From Catajapyx aquilonaris (taxonomy: Eukaryota): a stretch of DNA of 63,811 bases. Below, one piece after another: positions 29,260 through 39,875 of the stretch. Numbering within the stretch: the stretch's first letter is position 1; the number at the start of each line of letters is the position of its first letter. A model generated the notes under the pieces. It did not search any database. It saw only the letters and a program-made list of their open reading frames with translations, and was not told the DNA's origin. The stretch covers positions 1-63,811 of the forward strand of contig KZ538531.1 of the NCBI GenBank assembly GCA_000934665.2, in the 5' to 3' direction. The position numbers and the translations under genes are program-made.

Positions 29260-31099
29260 TGCACCAGCAGGTCAGAGGTCAGAATTGGGATTTAATGCCT
29301 CAGATCTGGTCAAGGCAGCACCAGGGAATCATTATTACAAAATTATTAGCACAATTCTGCACGCTTCAATCAGAGAATACCGATGACATTAGTCTTTTAA
29401 TATTGTTAATTCTTTTGTTGACATCGTGACATCTGTTTGCTGCACAAGTGTCTTTTTTGACACATTCATTAATTATAGTCAAAGCAACAGCATTCGCGTG
29501 CTCTCTCCGCGCAACAACTTGAGGTAAACATTGCCATTTTTCCTCCTCCTTAAATATAGCACCATGTTACAAATCGCAAATAAATACAACGAAATCATAC
29601 TGTACTCATACTCACAATATAAGTCGTTGTCAAGATGGGAGCTGCAGCTTGATGCAAATGAGATCCAGCCACATGAGCGTGTCTTAGAGGAAGAGGCGTC
29701 CCATTCGACGACAGGTAGATGGGTTGAAGAGGATTGGCAATGCAGGGAAATATGAGGCGTTCGTGGCCAGATATCTGCTCAAATAAATATACGTATGTGT
29801 GCAACCCCTTTTGTCACGCCAACAATTCATATGTTGCAAACGCCAGATGCAACCACCCATCATAATTCCGAAATTGCCCTATTGGCAAAAATAAATGGAT
29901 GGGGAAGTTTGATCTACAGCCTACTTATTATTGTTGTATACACGAACACAAAGTCACATAACCATCTTTCATAATCGTTATTTTAGGGGCGGCAGCCCCT
30001 AAGTAAGACCGCACAACAATTTTCAACAATGAATTTTTTCAACATGTTGTTCTTCTTGTTACCCTTTTTATTCGTCCTAACTCGATCAAGTTCTGCTGTA
30101 GGTAATGCTTCCAAATTTTGAACGCAGATCCCCATCTTCGTGGAGTGCATTCCTACCATTTACATCTAAACTCCCTTCCTCTTCAAAACGCCGCAAAAAG
30201 TTAAAAACCACTCAAAAATATGTTTCTATTTTTATGCTCAATAACTATTCGGAATTTGGTTTCTTCATCAAAGGGCCGAATGCGCAGTAGGATGGTGCGG
30301 CTCCATGTTCAAAACCTCACAGTTCCACCTGCTGCAGGATTTATGTTATGATTTTTTTCACCAATTTTTTTTCCTTCAAATACTTCATTTGTTCATGATT
30401 CCATCACCTAGCAATGTCAATTCTTATTTACACCTCGCCATATTGTTAGCGAAATGTTACCCAGCTGCTCTGGGGTGAACGGATTGTAGGCTACTTATTA
30501 CAGTTGAATCCGGATATAACAGCCTCGGCTATAACTACAGACTTCTGGTTATAAAGGCCTGTCCCGCCATGCTTTCATAAGGCCCTGCGTATTTTACTCC
30601 TGATTAACGGACTCATTTTCACCTCACCTCGGGTATAACACACCATTTCTTGGCCCTCGGTGGGAAAATATAGTTTTCCACGTTGCATAAAGGAGATGGC
30701 AGGAGAAAATTTCGGATGTTTTGGTCCATCATAATTTTCGGGTGAGCTAATATTATATATTTGACAGATTTCATTAATCGGTATGTAGTCTAGTAGTGCA
30801 TATTGCAGCCATATTGAAAGCAGAAATCTCGGTTTTCATTGCGTGACGATTTGGCTATAACAGGGCTGAAGTCAAGTGTGCGGGACATTCGCCGAATCAA
30901 TTAGGAAACAGTACCTGCGGCTTGCCGACCCTTTCATTCGTTGTTTTGCTCCTGGGTTTGAAGTCGGGGAAGTGACCAGGGACCCCGGAATTAATTCCTC
31001 AAGCTTGACCAGAATACAGATGGGATCATTGTCATCTCTCAGGTCGAATAGTAAGTTGCTAGGTGTCATATTTCTAACCCTGTTCTCCTCTGTATACAC

Positions 31100-32817
31100 T
31101 CGCAGTTTTAATACTTTGCATAAATAACAAGTCCTCCATAGCAACAAATTGTTAAAAGTATGAAGAGGCCGGCAAGATTTATCCAGACAGCTCTGAGAAG
31201 GGAAATTGGTTATATCAGCACAAAACACTGTTTGAAAAGCAGACACAAGTACATTGCATTTTTAGTCACGAGTACATGATATTATTGGGCAAAGTCAATA
31301 AGTTGCATTAGATAATTATGCAGGCCCACGATCTGTCGTCAAAAAAGAAATAAGGCTTTGGGCGTAACATATCCTGGCGCTATACAACAGTCGCCAAAGC
31401 AGAAGTTTAGCTACCGTTTGTTCAGAGCAAGGTCACTGCCGTGCAGTGCACAGGCAACAATACGTATCCAGTACTGAGCATTTTTTTTTACGACATAGCA
31501 CAGTTGGGGAAGTGGTCATAAATTACTATATATATCCTATAATATTTAATCTATACATATACGACTCAACTCACTTCTGAGCCTGCTTGATTGTAGCAAC
31601 GCTGAGGTATCGCTGCACCTGCGTTTGGTTCACTCCGTAAATAGTCATAGACGTGAAGTACCCACCAATGACCAATGACCAGAATGTGTGACTTACTGTA
31701 GGGTCTAAGTCAAACCTGTAAAACAAGTCAGCTGTTAATCTTTGCGCAATTATTTCAAAACATCATTGGCATTACGTGAAGAAGTTGATCCTGCCACTTT
31801 CCCAGTTCCTCTGGAACACTGCCGGAGATCCTCCGACGTCGAAGTTTCCTTTGACGATCACTGCCAACATCGAAAGGAACATAATCCCGGCTTGGAATGT
31901 GTCCGTCCACATCACAGCCTTCATTTTTCCCTGTAGTTGTGCAACACACATTCCTTACATCCTTACAAACTTGCTTTAAAAACATCCTCTTCCTTATGTC
32001 ATCATATCACTACAAACTTACCAAGGTAGTGTAGAATATGCAGACGGCAAAAATGATTGCGACACATAGATATACGTCCATTCCGGTAACTACAAAGGAA
32101 CACTACTGATCACAGTGAGGCAACATTAATATTAGTGGTGTGAGTAACTTACCTAATAGGCTTAACGCTAAAGCCATTAGACCATTTATATGGCCATAGT
32201 TGTGTACGCCCCGTACACAACTATGGCCATATAAATAGTCTAAAACAATTATGGTCATTAATATGTTGCATAAGCTCGATTTCAATGAGGCTATAAATAA
32301 TCACATGCCTACCATTTGCGTGGTAGTAAATATTGCGGACCCCATTATACGAATCGACTTATGGTTCCCAAACGTCGCTCCAAGTACTGTGTGACAAAAA
32401 AAAGAAAAAAAAGTTACCGGTATTCCAAAGAAATGGCATTAACAAGCTACCATTAAATTCCTTGCATATTTCCTGTTTGTAGCATGAACCTTTACCAAGT
32501 ACACCAAAATATTTGGCCAGAGCAGTGGGAAAACCCATCCGGGAAAATAGGCTACTTCACACTGAATTCACTCGGACATTCATCAGTTCCCTAACAAGAC
32601 CTCGATGACTATGATTTCGGCAGTGGTGTCCTTTCTTAACAATTGCATGAATGATGCCAGGATAGCCAGTCGTGCAGCCACACTATCTTTTTATGGCGCA
32701 TATCCCTTAGGCACACACTATTTGCAGCAACCTTTTAGATTGAGTGAGCAATTAAACGTCACCCGGGATGTGCCAAGAAAGATGGAAATCCAATATGTGA
32801 CGTCCCGCATGCTAATT
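31100..32817 (-). pseudogene. SLC5 pseudogene fragment, copy B (intron 2 through part of exon 8)
   Basis: Homologous to exons 3-8 and introns of copies A and C. It has a frameshifting TTCCC insertion in exon 3, an inverted duplication disrupting exon 4, a TAC>TAA stop at 31110-31108, and is truncated at both ends. Confidence 0.9.
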
Positions 32818-32819
32818 GG

Positions 32820-33050
32820 ATGGTTGTATGCAATAATGAGTCAACCCACATGAGATTCGTTTTGAGAAGAATGGCTTTGAAGGACATAATTATATAGTCT
32901 GTGGAATTAATTCAGTGTTCTTTTTGGTCATTTATGGCAGAAGTATACAGATTTCACCAGCGTACGATCCTTTATGTATACTGTATGTTCCTGGACTTAG
33001 CGCAATTTTGACATTTTTTGTGGGTTGACCCTTTATTGCATAACCCCGTC
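32820..33050. mobile_element. Degenerate MITE at the boundary of pseudogene B
   Basis: Imperfect IR TATGCAATAATGAGTCAACCCACA / TGTGGGTTGACCCTTTATTGCATA. Confidence 0.55.
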
Positions 33051-33097
33051 CCAACGTAAAGTTCGGTTGTAAATGGCCGCATCATCGTGGTACAGTA

Positions 33098-33927
33098 CAG
33101 TGCCGTTCATAAAGAATGGTACGACTCTACAGGGTGTATCTGAACTCAATGCCCCGACGTATATGACTGCCTTCCTAGCCACCAGAGGTCGATTTAAGTA
33201 TAGGAGTCATTATGTCTGGGCAGCCTCATTACGGAGATAATTGGCCGCAAACATGGAGTACAAAATATCCTGTCGGTTAGGCCACCCATCGAACCCTCCC
33301 CCAGTCAGAAGGCTCTGGAAGGTCTGGGGGCGGGACTTTGTTGGTTTGTTGCCCACAGGTGGTAAGGCCTCTTTGGCTAGTTACACCAGAAAATTCTATT
33401 TAAAAGTCAGAAGGAGCGATTAGGCAAAAATCGCTAAAGAGTGTATCTCAGTAATGAGGCTGCCCAGACATATGACTCCTATACTTAAATCGATCCTCTG
33501 GTGGCTAGGAAGGCAGTCATATACGTCGGGGCACTGAGTTCAGATACACCCTGTATATGGACGAAATGTTTATCCTGTTCTCAACCCCTAGGTCTCCAGC
33601 ATGTTTTAGGGGTCACGAGGAAGTCCGGAAAAGAGGGGAATCATGATTAAATAAAAAAAATAGAAGAAAAAACAAAACAAAGTAGGAAAAGTTTAGGGGG
33701 AAAATATACATCAGATCTACGTAAGCATTGCACCTGGTTGAGCATTGTGGTAATTAAGAATTTTATTTTAACATCGGGATGGGTCATACGAGTCACCAGA
33801 GTTCCAGAAAATGTTGTCCGTGATGTTGTCCATAAGGATTCGTCGAAATAAGGTTGGAAATAATGCTGGATAATAAGAATAAACTTTTCGTCCATAGAGT
33901 CGTACCATTCTTTATGAACGAGACGGG
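33098..33927. mobile_element. Outer TIR element, interrupted by a nested MITE
   Basis: Left CGTTCATAAAGAATGGTACGACTCTA[insert]TGGACGAAA matches the reverse complement of TTTCGTCCATAGAGTCGTACCATTCTTTATGAACG (ending 33920). Confidence 0.75.
33130..33553. mobile_element. Tc1/mariner-like MITE with ~100-bp TIRs
   Basis: CAGGGTGTATCTGAACTCA... / ...TGAGTTCAGATACACCCTG, with TA on both flanks. Confidence 0.9.
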
Positions 33928-34337
33928 TACCTCTTTCGCAGGCTGAAAGAATTTAAAATCCTTTCAGGGACATACCCAATCCCCAGATTGGACAAATAGA
34001 TCCCCCATTTAAATAATTGCTCTTGAAGAAAGGTCAGCCAACTTGGCTTGGTTGTAATATTCTTTTACATTCTTTGTGCAAGAATATAACATGACTCATA
34101 TCAAGGATACCTGATACCCGCTGATACCTGATACCATGTGAAGAAGTTCCGAGATATTCCCTGGACTGAAAGGTATATACACTCCAGTTGCTTGCAAATT
34201 GTTCCTCATATATTCAATTCGATACATTAATATTTTACAATGCAACATTATTGCCAGGAATAAAAATATTTACAATTAAAACCTAACAGGAAAAATGCTA
34301 AAGCTGCCTGCAATATTCATAAAAACATGTCACTTAT

Positions 34338-37300
34338 TCACAAGCAAGTGTTGTCATTTCCATTTACGAACATGCCGTTTTTCTTTCCATCTTTTTCAAA
34401 TGCCCAGTTGTCCTTCCCGATTATTTCCACATCATTGGCGTATGGGTGAGACCTGTCCAGTTCTCGCTAGAGAGAACAAAAAATTTAGCCATTAGAAATG
34501 GTGTAGACTAACTTTGTTAAGCAGTACTTACTCTCTTTTCTTCCCACTGATTGCCAGCATACACTTCCCTAATATAACTGCACCACCTTCTAGGGAAGCA
34601 GCAGCAAAGTCTCTCTCCAACGTGACACAGGAGGTTGGGGTCAAGTTCCTTTGGGTCTTGAGCACCAGTAAGGAAACTGACAATCAGGCCTACGAAGATC
34701 ACGGTCAAACACCCAGTAGCAGAGTACCACATGTATGACAATCGATATATCGGCAGTGCATCGCTGTGGAGGGCAAGACGAGGTTATAACAACTTGGAAG
34801 AAAATGATGCTTTGGTGCAAAGGACATACCCAATGGGTGTAATTATTGGAGGCTTTGCGGTCACATTAAAATCACAGCCGTCTATGGACAGGGGCATCTT
34901 GGGAATTATGATTGACTTGTTGTTGACAGAGATGTTGGCTCCAATTCCAATCCAAAATATGAAGGCCAAACCCGATATGGTTCCAACTGCTGCTCCCTGC
35001 AAACAGCATGTATTGTAAGTAAAAAAGTAATCAAGTTTCCCGTTCTGATTAAACTGTTGTCAAGCGGGTAACCACTTCGGTACTCCGGTGCCCACCTGCG
35101 AGTGGTATACTCCCAGGTACTCCTTAGGTACCTTACTCTTTGGTACTCCTACTCCTTGAATTTGGTACTCAAATATATAGTTTTCAGTCGAGTGATTAAC
35201 CCCTTGACTGTTGTAATGTATCTCTTTATGAAGTGTACCTTTGAGTTGGCCCATGGGAAAAATATGCCCAGGGAGAAAATTCCCAGGAGAGGGCCGCCAA
35301 CCATGCCAAAAATACTCAGCGTGGCTTGAAGAACACCACCAAGTTGCTCTGCGACGAAGACAAGTCCAAAGCAGACCAACCCAAACAGCACCGACAATCC
35401 TTGGGAGATCCTTTTACATGTTCTGTCACTTATTTCCTTTCTATAAATACTCTTGACGAAATCTTCCAAGGAAATGGCCGCCAGTGAATTCAGCCCACTG
35501 GACAGTGTACTGGAAGAGGTCAAAAGTTGAAATTAAATCACACCTTCACATCCCCCAGTTAAGACACCGTGCTGTACCTAAGTGCTCCACTGAAGATCCC
35601 TGCGACGAAGAATCCTGGAAGACCAGGAATATCCCCTAACGTGTCCATTACAAAGAGTGGAAACAATTGGTCTTGAGTAGTCACCAACTGCAATGATATG
35701 TAGCATTAAGATCATGTCTTGGCTCCTTTACCATCGCATCGTCGTGAAGTTAAGTTATTATACTTACACCAGCTCGAAGGGGATCGCAGTTGTAATACTT
35801 TGCATAAATAACAAGCCCTCCGTAGCAACAAATGGTTAAAAGTACGAAGAGACCGGCAAGATTTATCCAGACAGCTCTGAGGAGGGAAATTGGTTATAAT
35901 TATATCAACACAAAACGCTGTTTGAAAAGCTTTCACAATTACTCTGCATTTTTAGTGACAATTGCATGGTTATTATTCACTGCCAATGAGTTTCATCAGA
36001 TATGCAGGCCTACGATCTGTCGTCAAAAAAGAGAAGACATCGGCGTACCATATTATCCTGGCGTTATACAACCATCATCACTCGGCGCCCAAAGAGAAGT
36101 TTACGGAGCAAGTTCACTACAGTGCAGTGCACAGGCAATAATACGTATATGGTACTGAGCATGTTTTACGGCATAGCATAGTTGGAGAAGTGGTCGTACA
36201 GTAGATTACTATATAGCCTATAATATTTAATCTATACGACTTAACTCACTTCTGAGCTTGCTTGACTGTAGCAACACTGAGGTATCGCTGCACCTGCGCT
36301 TGGTTCACTCCATAAATAGTCACCCACGTGAAGTACCCACCAATGACCAGTGACCAGAATGTGTGACGTACTGTAGGGTCTAAGTCAAACCTGAAAAACA
36401 AGTCAGCTGTTAATATTTGCGCAATGATTTCAAAACATCATTGGCATTACGTGAAGAAGTTGATCCTGCCACTTTCCCAGTTCCTCTGGAACACTGCCGG
36501 AGATCCTCCGACGTCGAAGTTTCCTTTGACGATCACTACCAACATCGAAAGGAACATAATCCCTACTTGGAATGTGTCCGTCCACATCACAGCCTTCATT
36601 CCTCCCTGAAGTTGTGCAACACACATTCCTTACAGCCTTACAAACTTCCTTTAAAAACATCCGCTGCTTTTTGCCATCATATATAACTACAAACTTACCA
36701 GGGTAGTGTAGAATATGCAGACGGCAAAAATGATTCCGACACATAAATATATGTCCATTCCGGTAACTGCAAAGGAACATTACTGATCACAATGAGGCAA
36801 TATTAATTAGTGGTGCGAATAACTTACCTTGGCTTAACGCTAAGGCCGGGGCGTACACAACTATGGCCAGATAAATAGTCTAAAACAATAATGGGCATTA
36901 ATATGTTGCATAAGCTCAATTTCAATGCGGCTATGAATCATATGCCTACCATTTGCGTAGTAAATATTGCGGATCCCATTATACGAATCGACTTATGGAA
37001 ACGTCGTTCCAAGTACTGTGACAAAAAAAGAAAAAAAAGTTATTCCAAAGAAATGGCATTAACAAGCTACCATTAAATTCCTTGCATGTCAGATAATATT
37101 TCCTGTTTGTAGCAACCTTTACCAAGTACAATATTTGGCCATAGCACGTGGGAATACCCATCCGGAATAGTACTTGACAATTCACTCGGACATTCATCAG
37201 TTCCCTAACAAGACCTCAATGACTATGATTTCGGAGGTGGTGTCCTTTCTTTACAATATTGCATGACATGATGGCAGCAGAGCCAGTCGTGCAACCACAC

Positions 37301-38090
37301 TATTTTTTTTTACGGCGCATGCCCCTCAGGCACACACTATTTGCAGCAACTCTTTACATTGAGTGAGCAATTACTACGACACCCGGGATGTGCCAAGGAA
37401 TCCGGAAATTCAATGTGTGACGTTCCGCATGCTAATTATGGTTCCCAAGAAAAGAAAATCGTGGGAAGGACGCATCTAATCCATCTTCATCCATTCGACG
37501 TGCATCGTGGGTTACTTGTCAACATTGTCCGGAGGATGCAATTAAAATGCTGCATTATTAAGTCGTTAGACCCACCTCGTACACCGAGGTAAGGCGAAGG
37601 CGATGGAAAATGGGCAGGTACCAATACGCAGTTGCTGGTATCACCAGGAAGTACGATATGCCTATCATCCAGTACTCGGTCCCGTAGTTGTACATTTCGA
37701 CAGGTGTTCCAAGCAAGGTGATAGCAGACATAAAACTGCAACAATGATAAGGAGTTATTCAACTTACGTTATCTAGTTTACGACAGCCCGAAACGTCATG
37801 CAATGAACACTCCCGACAGCAAACATTCTTAGTACAGCAATTGCGATGTACCCTTTCATTAAAGAACATTTACATTAACAATGCGATTACCTAGCTAGAA
37901 GAGACATGGCCACAGGAAAGGTTCCCATTTTTCTGCTGCCCATGAGGAACTCGCTGGTGCTGTTATCTCTCTTTCCGAAGAATCCGAAGAAGATGCCGAT
38001 GCCGGCCGAGACGGCCAACATCAAGCCGAAGACGAGGTATTCGGGCCATCCGAACCTCTGGGCAAATTCGGCTGCTTTGCTCACCCCCAT
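34338..38090 (-). CDS. SLC5 sodium-coupled monocarboxylate transporter-like, copy C (619 aa)
   Basis: 13 in-phase exons: 38090-37891, 37735-37576, 37015-36950, 36879-36828, 36766-36699, 36605-36451, 36390-36250, 35876-35768, 35687-35578, 35509-35239, 34996-34830, 34763-34532, 34466-34338. Family-typical [21 protein letters not shown] and GMVGGPLLG; ends NTCL. Confidence 0.92.
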
Positions 38091-39235
38091 TGCACCAGCA
38101 GGTCAGAGGTCAGAATTGGGATTTGATGCCTCAGACCTGGTCAAGGCAGCACCAAGGAATCATTATTACAAAATTATTACCACAATTCTGCACCCTTCAA
38201 CCAGAGAATATTGTTGACATTGTGACATCTGTTTGTTGACTTTAAGTGTCCTTTTTGACACATTCATTACGAATTACAGTCTAACAAGTAAGCAACAGCA
38301 TCGTGTGCTCTCTCCACACAACAATTTGAGATAAACATTGTCATTTTTCCTCCTCCTTAAAATAGCACCATGTTACAAATCACAAATAAATACAACAAAA
38401 TAATACTCATACTCACAATATAAGTCGTGGTCAAGAAGACAGCTGCATGGGAGCTGCAGCGAGATGCAAGTGAGATCCAACGACACGAGCGTGTCTTAGA
38501 GGAAGAGGCGTCCCATTCGACGACAGGTAGATGAGTTGAAGATGATTGGCGACAGGGAAAGATGAGGCGGTCGTGGTCAGATATCTGCTCAAATGCATAT
38601 ACGTGTGTGCAGCCCCTCTTGTCACGCCAACAATTCAGGCGTCACTCACCCAGCTCGAAGGTTGCAAACGTCTGATGCATCCACCCATCATCCCTCCGAA
38701 ATTGCCCTATTGGCAAAAAGAAGTGGATGGGGAGGTTTGATCTACCGCCTACTTATTATTGTTGTACACGAACACCAAGTCACATAACCATCTTTCATAA
38801 TCGTTATTATTCATACAAGTTGCCGGCTTTTTCCTAATGCGCCTAGATCAGATGTATAAAGTTGAATATGCAAGCCAGATAACGTCACACATATGGCTGT
38901 TGACATGATTGTGTTTTCGTAGGAGGAATACTAATCAAGAGGTTGCATAGGTGCACAATACCTGGAGTTGACAATAGCGCAAAAAGCCCATCGTCATGAC
39001 AGATGTGTTTTCTGTCTAGTTGAGAGCAGGACACTTCATCCACACTACACTATTAGCTTATAATATGATAATATGTAAAAATGTTATCAAATTATGCTGT
39101 TGACCATCTCTGGTGTTTATGTCAATTTTCGGTATTTTGAGAATTACAGCGCATAGCAGCACAACCACATCTCCCTGTGACACTGTTGTTGGTAGCAAGT
39201 CATGGGCGAGTGACCGCCTTTTTTGTGACCGCCTT

Positions 39236-39248
39236 NNNNNNNNNNNNN
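39236..39248. other. Assembly gap (13 N)
   Basis: Run of N; a single N also at 62452. Confidence 0.99.
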
Positions 39249-39765
39249 CCCCCCCGTAAAATGCGAGCATGTTATGCAAGTTTACGGTTCGCTGAAAGAA
39301 AAATAATCAAAATTTTCCAGGGGGTGTGGATGAGATGCCGAGTCTCCCTGTCCTCTCTTCCTGTATTGTAGTGCTTAAATTGCATAACATGCTCGAATTC
39401 CACTGAATAAGAATCCTGATTTCGCACTGACTTATACCACATGCGCAGTAACAGGTGAAAGAAGAGGAGAGCGAGGCATTTTGGATCCTCTTAACAAAAT
39501 AGTCGTAAGACACCACGCATAATAAAAGTCTGACACGACTTCTCCGTAAGTGCTATTGAACTGAACTAATAAAATTATATAGCCCTACTTACTCTGCATC
39601 AAATTGTTAATTTTTAATATACCTGTACTTGTAAATCTGTAGAGCGTGGTAGGCCTACATTGTGTGTGCATTGCGTAAACTTCCAAATTATCAACGACTT
39701 ACACTATTTCAGTAAGCTATTTTCATGGACTAAAGCAGCACCAAAATGTACAAAACCAACTCGTT

Positions 39766-39875
39766 ACTTACCGGGAGCATTGTATCCGCCCTGGTGGATA
39801 ATATTATACTGACTAAGCAGAGGAGCAGCAGGTGCTGTTGCAGATGGCGAGAAGCCCACAAAAGCGTTGGACTGA
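39766..39875 (-). promoter_or_regulatory. Putative Inr and non-coding first exon for SLC5 copy C
   Basis: TCAGTC Inr consensus at 39875-39870 and a strong donor CCG|GTAAGT at 39772/39771. The downstream UTR exon (about 38584-38416) and coding exon 1 both begin with splice acceptors, so an upstream exon is required. Confidence 0.5.
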
